Assembly: GCF_001194135.2 (NCBI RefSeq)
Contig: NC_068993.1
Location: 1,372,814 to 1,436,813, forward strand
Length of the DNA: 64,000 nt
Origin: Octopus bimaculoides
Taxonomy: Eukaryota
Reading direction: 5' to 3'
Below the pieces are notes generated by a model that was not told the DNA's origin, did no database searches, and worked only from the letters and a program-made list of their open reading frames with translations. Both the position numbers and the translations under genes were made by a program. Below are positions 50,801 to 61,581 of this stretch, piece after piece; position 1 is the stretch's first letter; every line of letters begins with the position of its first letter.

Positions 50801-53800
50801 GATGTGTCGAGCTAAGTAAAATCGCTGTCTTCCACACATACAGGCTTGTTCTTTACAGGTGCCGGTGACACGTAAATGCACCCATGCCAGAGGCACCCAG
50901 CACACTCTGTAAAGTGGTTGGCATTAGGAAGAGCATCCAGTCATAGAAACCATGCCACAACAGACAATTGGAGTGTGGCCAGCTCAAACCGTCCAACCCA
51001 TGCTAGCATAGAAAATGGATGTGAGATGATGAAAATATCTGCTGTTGTTTAGCCTAAGATCAACACTGATTAAGTAGAAGGCCTATGATCCAACCATGAC
51101 CACCTCTTTTTCTTATGAATAGGAAATCTGGGATTACATTAAGATGGTGAGGTCTGAGGGAGAATTGGCTATTTCTAGGAGGATGACTGACTCTGTAGAA
51201 TCTCCCATATTACTCAATAAGTACCAGTCATACACTATGGTCGATATAATCAACTACATATGCTGCCCTTGCAATTAAATGACAGGTATTATAGAAATGC
51301 ATGGGGGTGGATCTTTTTGTTATTATTTTGAAATTTAGTAATTCTATTGAAACAAGGTATGTCGGGAGGAGGAAGAGGAGGTCTTTTTAAAAGCAGACCA
51401 AAAGCAAAGGGTCTGATATTGGTTCCCCAGTGATGCCATATTTTGCTAAATTACCTAAGAACAATAACAATGTCACAACTTCCAGTTCAAAAAGCTCATT
51501 CCAGTCATTGTTTTAATGTAAACTTTTCCATGCTTGCATTGGTCAAACAGAATCCCTTGAGGCTGGTTTCCTACAGACTGGATGCCTCTCCTGTCACTAA
51601 GTAAGCTAATACTTCCCCTTTGGCCAAACAGGTTTTCCATGAAAGGCTGGAAAAGAACCTAATTGCCTGTATGACAGTGACACTTATATCTGACCATCAC
51701 CATTTAATGTTCATCTTCCTGGTTGGATGGTTTGATAGGAGAGCTGCACCATGGAGTAGTAGTGAAGGGGGGTGGCTTTGCACCAGTTGATGAGCGGTTA
51801 GAGGTTACCTATATAATATGGCCTTCTTTCAGTTTTCATCTATTGAATTGAAGTAAAAGACATTTGTCCAAGGTGCCAAGCAACAGGATTGAACTTAAAA
51901 TTACATTTAGGAAGTAAGCTTCTCAATTACAAGGCTGCACCTGCCTGTGTCAAATATTGATCCTTAGAAATAATCAATCAGATATTTCAGACATTTAATG
52001 TTTCACAGCTGTTTATAAATTTTAAATCATAAAAACAGCAGGTTTTCTCTAAAAACTTTTACTGCTAATCCACCTGGCACAGACCATGATTCCATGACTA
52101 TAAAACCTGTCATTAATGGAAAAGTTTATATCTAAATCGTTACCCCATAATTTCAGAGAATATTTAAATATTCTAAGCTTCATTTTAATAATGAAGTAGC
52201 TAATTACTGTTGCTAAATCCTTCCAAATTCTTGCTCGTTTTAAGAGTTAATTGAAAGAAAGCATTTTATTCCCAAAAACAAAATATCCTCATGGTTATAG
52301 GCACAGATTTGGCTATGTGGTAAGAAGCTTGCCTTCCAAACACAAGGTACCACTGCATAGTACCTTGAGCAAGTGATTTCGTGAACGGAAATTGTGTGGG
52401 GGGGGTCTCTGTTCCCCACCACTCCAGTGTTGGTTAATTTATGTCCCCATAACTTAGTGGTTTGGCAAAAGAAACTGATAGAATAAGTATCGGGCTTAAA
52501 AAGAAAGTCCTGATGTCAATTCATTTAACTAAAAATTCTTCAAAGCCCCAGTCTTAATGACTGAAACAAGTAAAAGATAATATAGTTTAGCTTTAATTAG
52601 CAGAGATATTTAGTCATGATTATCTCTCTAATACTGATTATATAAAACTGGAATTATATGTTTAGTGTGTTGGCTAACGGTCCAAGGCTGAGATAACATC
52701 TGCTAACTCATTGACCCAGCAACCATGAAGAGGCACAGGTCACTGTTCTCTGAATTCATAGGGTTTGATGTCATAACTCTTCTAAAAGTGGGAGAGAGGA
52801 ACAGGAAACTGTTTGTGAGAATTCTTCTCAAAGAATACAGCTTGTGTAAGTCACCAAGAATTGTCTTTAGGCTTTAGTCTCTCAAGCAAAAGCTTTAGTT
52901 TCAATAGTAAAAACAAAATATAATTAAAAAATTAAAACAAAACTGGTAAAAATGTAACAATTTTTTTTTTTTTAATTAAAAAATAAAAATCAGGTAATAT
53001 TTGTGTAAAACTATATTTTAATTACAAAGAATTCATGTCAATCTCCATAGGAGCTTTTCTGCAAAGAATCTTCTTGATAGACTTATTAAATCTGTTAAAT
53101 TACCTAAGAATATAAAATAAATGAGGATTAAAAACAAGAAAAAGAGACTTTCTATGTAAAAAAATTAGAAAGGTGGTGAAATGTCAAAATTCTAAAATAC
53201 CATTCTAGATATCTCTTACAATATTTTATTTCTATTAGGTTCTTGGTGGAGGTAAAGACAATTTAAGAGATGAGGAATTATGTACATTATTTACAATTGA
53301 TGGATATTTGTCCTCATCTTGTTAACACAACGTTTCGGCTGATATATCCTCCAGCCTTCATTGGGGGTTCGAAATTTCCCCAATGAAGGCTGGAGGATAT
53401 ATCAGCCGAAACGTTGTGTTAACAAGATGAGAACAAATATCCATCAATTGTAAATGTTACTGGTATCAAAGGCAACCACAGCAGGAACCTAAAGAATTGG
53501 TCTGTGAAAGTTAATTCATAAAAATTCTACAGAGTAGATTTGTTGTGAGGAGTGAATTATTCCACATTTAATATTGACAACTCCAGCAGGATTTGAACTC
53601 AAAACCTGGAGAGACAAAACTTATTTAACCAAGTATCATATCATTCCTGGCATCACATTTCCATCTCCTAAAAATGGTTTCAAATTTTGGCACAAGGCCA
53701 GCATTTTCAGGGGTAAAGGGAAGTCAATTATGTTGACCCCCCCAGTGCTCAACTGGCTCCTATTTTATGCCCCAGGAGGATGAAAGGTAAAGTTGACCGC

Positions 53801-55073
53801 GGTGGAATTTGAACTCAAAATGTAAAGACAGGTGAAATGCTGGGAAGCATTTTGGCCGGCATGCTACCAATTCCACCAGCAATGGTAACAACAACAACAA
53901 GGTATAGTCATGAGTCAGAAGTTGATACCACTTAACAGTTTCACAAGAACTTCAATGTTTCTAGTGTTTCATTGTTTTTTTTACTAAATTTAGTCTCCAT
54001 TAAACCCACTTAACCTTTCCTGACTCACTGCAGACAGTTTCTCAGCCAAACCCACTCCCCACCCACCTCCTCATAAACAATACTATTGCTGGCCCTCTTC
54101 CTCTCTAGCCCTTAGTTACAGTTTAATATATTATTCACCTTCCCCTCACAAATGAAAGTCATTTGGATATACGATGGGAATCTAAGAAAGATTTGAAATA
54201 TTAACAAAGGATGACACACACACACACGTCATTTGTGACGAGAGATGTCAAGTAAACTGAGCAATTGAAAGAGATGAGGTAAGTACTGGAGGTAAAAATA
54301 AACTCATTCCACTGACTAAAAGAATGGTTTGTCCCAAAAGACTGAGCACCACCTTGCCTGCTGAGGGTTGGACACAAGCCTTCTTTGGAGGTGGTGAGCT
54401 ATCATGCTTCCATTGCTTCAACTGGACTTTAGTCTCAGAATCAAAGTGATGGACTCGGGTTTCATCCTGTGAATTTGGCACTTCTTCACACAGCTGTCCT
54501 CGTCCATACACATCACATGATCCTACCAGTGCAGTCGTCTCTCTTGCACACCACATCTGATTCCTCTTGTGCCCAACTTTTCTCTCAAGATGCTTACACT
54601 CTGACAAACATACACACTGGCATCATTTCTTTCAAGCTTATGCATGTCCTCAGCTATCATAGCCCATGTTTCACTGCTATGTAGCATGGCTGTTCGCACA
54701 CAGGCATCCAATAATTTGTCTTCCACTCTGAGAGAGAGGCCCTTTGTTGCCAGCAGGGGTCTGAGCTCTCTGAACTTTGCATTTGTTAGAACTGTCTTCA
54801 TTTACCAAACCCGATTCTAGTCTGTGATAATCCAAACATACCATTTAATCTCTTCAGATGAAATCTCAATTTTTGTGTCTCATTTCAGAGATGGACCTGA
54901 CAATTGTCTACTCAATTCTAGGATTATTGGTGCTAATGACTCTGGTTTCAGTCAGCTTCAGCCTCTATGTTCTGTGTAGTCGGAAGAAGCAAAGAAATTG
55001 CAGTATCCGAGACTTCATGCCAACCAGTAGTTTGGCTTCGAGATCAAGATCACAAGGAACTGTGATATTATGA
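47886..55073 (+). CDS. Uncharacterised type-I single-pass membrane protein with signal peptide and miniature LRR-like, Cys-flanked ectodomain, 292 aa
   Basis: Exon 1 47886-48579 (G|GTAAGT donor) joins exon 2 54889-55073 (TTTCAG| acceptor) in phase 1. The product has a signal peptide MINEYLSLFFLTILFHTCVHG, LRR-like segments TTLSIKETPLKQL and LPDLEIIDARRTKLNC, and a TM segment IVYSILGLLVLMTLVSVSFSLYVLC followed by RKKQR. AATAAA occurs at 55119 and 55128. Extra exons could be hidden in the 48685-49485 gap. Confidence 0.75.
49486..49860. mobile_element. Dispersed repeat (possibly Helitron-derived) with an internal duplication; an opposite-orientation copy is at 63760-64000
   Basis: GCATATTCGTAATCTCCGAC(G/A)TCTAAAACGTAGGAATCCGAA occurs twice (about 49514 and 49743), and its reverse complement ends the window. 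AGGAGAGGTGCGAAACT is also shared. Confidence 0.5.
53289..53455. repeat. Near-perfect fold-back: 78-bp arms, 11-nt loop, one mismatch; derived from the hammerhead-like SINE/PLE tail
   Basis: Arm 53289-53366 is the reverse complement of 53378-53455 except for one C:A pair (A53432). The loop is GTTCGAAATTT. Confidence 0.95.
54300..54800 (-). mobile_element. Adjacent RTE LINE fragment (about 54480-54800) and mariner transposase fragment (about 54300-54480)
   Basis: RTE peptide AKFRELRPLLATKGLSLRV..LLDACVRTAMLHSSETW...GIRCGVQERRLHW abuts the mariner peptide QDETRVHHFDSETKVQLKQWKH..SPPPKKA.VQPSAGKV. Confidence 0.85.
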
Positions 55074-55115
55074 CCAATTTGTAAATTTCCTAAAGATTCC
55101 ATAGCTTGTTTCAAT

Positions 55116-55133
55116 TTTAATAAAAATAATAAA
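55116..55133. terminator. Overlapping bidirectional poly(A) signals between the membrane-protein gene (+) and MOCS1 (-)
   Basis: TTTAATAAA reads AATAAA on + (55119-55124) and ATTAAA on - (55121-55116). A second + AATAAA lies at 55128-55133. Confidence 0.45.
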
Positions 55134-55275
55134 CTGTTTTACAAAAAAAATGATTTTAGAACTATTCTTAAATTGGTATCTGCAAGTATATAAAGGGCAG
55201 TGTGAGTGTGTCTGTGTGCATGTAAACAAATATAAAACAAAAAAAAATTTACCTTTAATATAAATTGAGTATCAC

Positions 55276-58200
55276 TCAACCACCAATTAGAACCATAGGG
55301 CGGTTTTTCATGTTCTTTATACTATGAACACCTGTTGAGAGAAAACAGTTTGATGTATCCTTCCTGAACATAATCAGAACTTATTTAAAGTGGAATACAG
55401 ACCCAGCGCGTCAAATAACCGCCTAATAATTCAAAGCAACAGTTCAGTCTTAGGATAAATGTGAGAGAAGTCTTAACCAATCTGAGCAAACGGAGCTAAA
55501 ATACTCACCAGCATGTTGTTTATGCTTCCGTTTCACAGCAAATTCTATATGCTTCAGGATTTCTTGCCCAGAAGCATTTTCTCGAATCATATCTTTCAAA
55601 GATATTTCTTCATTTCCAAAAAGACAAACCTGAATGTTAGAAATAGATTAACAACAATTTTTATTTTAAGATATTTTGTGGCCGTTGCTAGTAGCGCCCG
55701 ACTGGCCTTCGTGCGGGTGACACGTAAAAGCACCCACTACACTCTCTAAGTGGTTGGCGTTAGGAAGGGGAGTCTGGTGTTGCCATCCGGTTTCACCAGT
55801 CCTCAGTCAAATCGTCCAACCCATGCTAGCATGGAAAGCAAACGTTAAACGATGATTTCATGCAAAAACATCACCCAATTAACTCAGAGAGATTCAGATG
55901 TCACTTTTACAATCCTCTTCATACCATCCAGACCTCATTTGCATCTTGTGCAGACATCTGTTTATTTTTCGGTCAAATTACCATCTGTGGCATTCCCTCT
56001 TATCTTTGGTTTCCCAGCAATCTAGAAAGTGGTTCTATAGCAGCCCTTCATGCAACAGGTGACATTTTAGTTATTCACAGTTTCTCACTGGTTTTATTAG
56101 CCATCAGAGACCATTCCTTGCTTCCAAGCAAAGTAACATTTCCTCATGGCCAGACGTTCTCGCATAATATTGCTAGGATGGCAAGTGACAGTCATTTTAT
56201 ATTCCTCAAAGTCCCTAAATATAGAAAAGAACGTTTTGTTGCGAGATTTACTTTTTCAGGGGAGGTAACTCTTAGGCGACGTAATTCAATAGACAAACTA
56301 GCCATTCGACAAATAGGAATGCAGGACTAAAACCCTTCAAAATGATGCCCCAGCATGGCCGACGACAGAAAGTAGCAAAAGGAATAAAAGAAATAAAGTT
56401 GATACCTTGAGGTTTCCATTGGCCGTAAGTCTTAAACGATTACAGGAACCACAGAAATGGTTTGACATGGAAGTAATAAAACCTATTTGACCTTCAAATC
56501 CAGGAACTTTGAATGCCTTTAAAAAAACAGAAAACAATAGTCTCAATATTTTACTAGTTTTTTTTTTTTAAATAATAGAATAAATTTAAAAGTTCAATAA
56601 GTTGTGAACATACTACAACTACTTACAATAAAGTATATAAGCAGGCAATAAAAAGTGAACTAATTTTTAATGTAAAACCAGTAAAATTATCTCTAAAAAT
56701 TTTAAATAAAATAAACAATAAAGACATGGATGCCAACATGACTATGTGGTTACAAAGGGGGTCTAGTGGAGGGAAACTATGTGGAAGCCCATTGTGTATG
56801 TGTGTATAATCCATGTGTGTCTCTCCCAAGTATGGTTCCATGCTTTTGCTAATTGTTTTAGGTGCCTGTGGAGTCAAGAGAAGACATCTTTTTGGCTGTT
56901 CTTTGAGCCAGCAGAAAATCCAAAATTTTGCAGGAGGAACAGAGCTGTACCAGCAACTTGGTTGGTACCCATTGTTAGTTGAGTAGACTGGAGTAATAAG
57001 AAATGAATTACCATGCTCAAGGATAAAATGCACCATCAAGTCCAGGTATCAAACCTGGCCTAGTTATTAGGGTCGCATGTGTGCACAGGTGTGTGTGCGT
57101 GCGTACATGTATTTCAAGGATCTATATTGATGGAACATCAATGAGAAACTGAAAAACTGTTGCTTTTTAAGTAAGTTCCTGGAAATGTTTGGTCTGCACT
57201 GAGTTACAGAAATTCCCCAATCACACCATCATAAATAGTGAACCAATGATCAGTCTATTGAAAACCTGGAACCATTGTTCACCAATTCTAATATAAAATA
57301 TGGTAAACTTTTACAAAAATACCAACATCAACTCAGAACCAAATTCTCCAGATAGTAAAAGACATCAAAATCCAGGAATATGTTTTCTACATACCTTTGA
57401 TGTATCATTAGGTTTATCTTTAAGTTTTGATATGTTTGGCCATTTTCTTTTAATAATTTCCAACATGTCTTTGTAAGGAACCATTTTCTTCAAATTCCAT
57501 TTGTTGTCTTGAAAAGGCATGTATTCTATAAATCGTACATCTATATTCTGAAAGGATAAACAATGATTTTTCGATAATAATTCAAGGCTTAAAAGTTGGA
57601 GGGGAGGGGGCAAGACACAATGCCGCTAAGTATTTCGTCCATCATGCCAGAAGAATTGCTGCCAGCATGACATCCTAATAATGGTTTCAAGTTTTGGCAC
57701 AAGGCCAGCAATTTGGGTGGAGTGGGTGGGTGGGTTAAGTTGATTACATTGGCCACAATGTTCAATTGATGTTTATTTTATCAACCCCGAAAGGATGAAA
57801 GGCAAAGAGGACCTTGACAGAATTTGAACTCAGAACGTAAAGACGGATAAAATGCTGCCAGGTGTGTTAATGATTCTGCCAGCTCGCTGCCTTCATGACA
57901 CCTTAATAATAATAATTCTTGATAATTTTTGACACAGAACCAGCAACTTTTAGGGGAGGAAGAAATAGATTATATTGACCCCAGAGCTCAACTGGTCCTT
58001 ATTTTATTGACCTCAGAAGGATGAAAGACAAAGTCTACCTCAGTGGAATTTGAACTAGGAACATAAAGCTAGAAGAAATGCCTTTGTCCAGTGTGCTAAC
58101 GACTCTGCCAGCTAATTGCAATAATAATCCTTTCTACTATAGGCACAAGGCCTGAAATTTTGTAGGAGGGGGCCAGTCTCAACCCTGAAAGGGATAAAAG

Positions 58201-61200
58201 GCAAAGTTGACCTTGGTGGAATTTGAACTCAGAACAGTGACGGGTGAAATACCGCTAAGCACTCCATCCAGCGTGCTAACGAGTCTGCCAGCTCACTGCC
58301 TTAATGATAATAATCGTTTCTACTGGAAGCACAAGGCCTCAAATTTGGCGGAAGGATTAAGTCGATTACATTGACCCCAGTGCGTAACTGGTACTTATTC
58401 TAAAGTGATTTAAATTAAACTACATTAAAATTTCATGTTAATGACAGTTAATTTGGCAAGCTATCCATTATTTTCAAAAGTAATTGAAAGAACAGCAGAT
58501 TTCAACAGAGGCATCGTAACAAGAGTGAATGTAGATAGAATTCTGAGAAAATATCATCATCAGCACCACTGTTATAACATTCATTATCATTACTGCCATC
58601 ATCATCATTATAAACACAAATGAAAATAAACTCACCATTTTCTCTGTTAACTGCACAAAATCACAGATTTCATCATCATTGAGGTTCTTCATAACAACAC
58701 AATTGATCTACAAAGATTCAGAACAGAAAATCAAATCGGGTACAGCCAATAACATGGTTCTTGGTTCAATCCCACTATGCGTCTTCTATTGTGGCCTAGG
58801 GTTGACCATCGCCTTGTCAGTGCCATTTGGCAGATGGAAACTGTGCAGAAGCTCAGTGTATGAATGTGTGTCTTGATGATGACAAATATCCGTCAAATGT
58901 AAATAAGGTAACTAACAACTCTATGAATTTCACCGATTCCATGTTTGCTAGCACTGTGTCTACAGAACCTTCCCTCTGAACTATTTTAATAAATTAACAG
59001 TTTGTAGAGGAATCAAAGTGATAATGAATTTAAGCATGGCTACGTGAGTTCTTTTGCAATCATATGGCACCAGGTTCAATTCTAGTGTGTGAAACAGTTT
59101 GACTATGTGCATGTTATCATAAGCTCATGGTGAGATAAGCCTTGCAAGTGAACTATAATAGGAGGAAACTATGCTGAAGCTTATCACATGGCTTGTACCT
59201 ATTCTTTGGTGGCAAACCAAATCTTTGGCCCAGTTTAATGCCACTATCTGTCTAACAGAATCTACTCTGTCACAAATACTGGAATTAAATTGCTCTGCCA
59301 GCCTAGGAGCCCCCATCACTAAAATGGTCATTCCTTCTATTACTAAGCCATAAACGTTTTTTAAATTTGCAAGAAAAAATTTCAAATATTCTGCATTGAC
59401 ATTTTCCTTACCTTTAATGGAGAAAATCCTGCTGCCAAAGCACCCTTTATATTCTCTAAGACTCTATCTAAACAATTCCTTCTGGTAATGAAAGCAAACT
59501 TGTGTGGCATTAAACTATCAAGACTGACATTCAGGGAATCTAAGCCAGCTTCTTTTAACTTCTCCACAACTCGATGAAGAATCACACCATTGGTTGTCAT
59601 AGTAATAAATTCCAAACCATATTGTTTCAGGAGATGAAGTTCTTCTGAAATATTTAAGAATTACAAAAAAAAAAAAAAAAAGAACATCAAATTCCTGAGG
59701 AATTAAGAACTCTTTCAAAATTATTTCTTTATTCCAATAAAACATAGAATATAGCAATAAACACAATTTCCAAACTATTTTTGGTAAATAAATTCACACC
59801 AATATGGTCATAGTTTTATTTGTCATATTTGTTGTCGCCTTACATTATTCGTGTTGCCATATTTGTGGAACAACAGAATTGTGTTCAGAAATCCAAGATT
59901 CAGATAAAGATTTTAATAACAATCTTAGGTAAAAAAAAGAAAGAAAAAAACCCTGTTCCTTAAACTAACAAAGAAACCTCTACTTGGTTTCTCAACTTGC
60001 TAGAAATAGCAACCAAATNNNNNNNNNNNNNNNNNNNNNNNNNNNNNNNNNNNNNNNNNNNNNNNNNNNNNNNNNNNNNNNNNNNNNNNNNNNNNNNNNN
60101 NNNNNNNNNNNNNNNNNNNNNNNNNNNNNNNNNNNNNNNNNNNNNNNNNNNNNNNNNNNNNNNNNNNNNNNNNNNNNNNNNNNNNNNNNNNNNNNNNNNN
60201 NNNNNNNNNNNNNNNNNNNNNNNNNNNNNNNNNNNNNNNNNNNNNNNNNNNNNNNNNNNNNNNNNNNNNNNNNNNNNNNNNNNNNNNNNNNNNNNNNNNN
60301 NNNNNNNNNNNNNNNNNNNNNNNNNNNNNNNNNNNNNNNNNNNNNNNNNNNNNNNNNNNNNNNNNNNNNNNNNNNNNNNNNNNNNNNNNNNNNNNNNNNN
60401 NNNNNNNNNNNNNNNNNNNNNNNNNNNTGTGTGTGTGTGTGTGTGTGTATAGCTATGTGTGCACCACAATCATCATCATTTAACATCTGTTTTCCATGCT
60501 GACATGGGCTGGATGGTTTGACAGGAGCTGCACCTGGTCCCATTGTCTGTTTTGGATTGGTTTCTACAGTTGGATGCCCTTCCTAATGCCAACCACTTTA
60601 CAGAGTGTGCCAAGTGCTTTTTATATGGCACCACACATTTTATACGGCACCACACATTTTATGTGGCCCCAACACATGCACGCGCGTGCGTGCTTGCGCG
60701 CGCGTGTGGTCCAGTGATTAGGATGTTCACCTCATGATCATAAAGTCCTTGAAGATCAAGTAGTGTACACTGTGTGTTTGAGTGATGCACTTCGTTTCAC
60801 ATGGCTCCAGTCTACTCAGCCATAATGAGCCTGAGTGACAGTGCAGCCCTCCTTCCCTCCCTGTTACATCATTCCTACAAAACACATGTAGGCCTGACAA
60901 ACAGAGGAGAGTTTCAGCTTAGACATATCCACAACTTTACATGTTATTTCTCTCAATAAATATCCAGAATAAATTATATAAAGGTGCTACGTTGACAATT
61001 ACTGAGCAAAGATTATCAAAGAAAATACCACAAAACATACAAACTAATCAACTTTACATCGGAATATTTCTAGCTTTACTCATCATCATCGTTTAATGTC
61101 CGCTTTCCATGGTGCCAACTGAAAACTGGTTACCTGCACCAGGTTCCAGTCTGATATGGAAAGGTGTCTAAAGCTGGATACCCTTCCTAATGCCAACCAC

Positions 61201-61581
61201 TCCAAGAGAGTAGTGGGTGCTTTTTATGAGCCACCGGCATCAGTCCCATTACACATTGGTGAGATGATATAATTCTAAGATATTACTCTGAAGTACATTT
61301 AAGTTCAGAAGAGAAGAGCTGACAGCAGTTGTCTCTAAGGTGATGATCTATTAGTTATGACCCTAACGAATAAATGAAACATAAAAAAAAACTGTTTAAT
61401 TACACATTTTAATCACAAAACAATGTGGAATATTTCAAAGTGTGAACTTACATCGAAAATTACATCTTTCCGTTAAAGATATCCGTAGATACGTATGTTG
61501 TCTGCCATAGTTATCAGTGAGAAAAGCAGAGAAAGGCAGAACATTGTTATCAAAATAATTCCCTGTTTTTAATGGAACTGT
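55276..61581 (-). CDS. MOCS1: MOCS1A (MoaA-like radical SAM GTP 3',8-cyclase), partial model
   Basis: Visible exons are 61581-61452, 59644-59412, 58707-58636, 57547-57395, 56516-56406, 55629-55509 and 55331-55276. Peptides are [59 protein letters not shown] (CX2CX13C) and the C-terminal NRPMVLIGG*. The exon carrying QYC-to-GGEP is missing, probably in gap 60019-60427. The first exon is unresolved (weak candidate 61899-61864). Confidence 0.92.
57670..58400 (-). mobile_element. Head-to-tail array of about four tRNA-derived SINE copies in a MOCS1 intron
   Basis: Repeated GGCACAAGGCC...GAAAGGATGAAAGGCAAAG...GAATTTGAACT...GCCAGCT units of about 200-250 bp, all in the same orientation. Confidence 0.8.
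60019..60427. other. Assembly gap (409 N) expected to contain a MOCS1A exon; other gaps at 10839-11051, 21771-21780, about 26350-26393, about 45902-46007 and 48685-49485
   Basis: Runs of N. Splicing the flanking MOCS1A exons directly gives CGA T|AA, an in-frame stop. Confidence 0.85.

Noticed and set aside
55355-55362. GTATCCTT U12-like donor (also at 2999-3006)
   Set aside because: There is no upstream plus-strand exon or downstream U12 branch site in context, so it is a chance match.
55860-56330. 156-aa plus-strand ORF inside a MOCS1 intron
   Set aside because: It shows no recognisable domain or splice context, and its composition is consistent with decayed repeat DNA.
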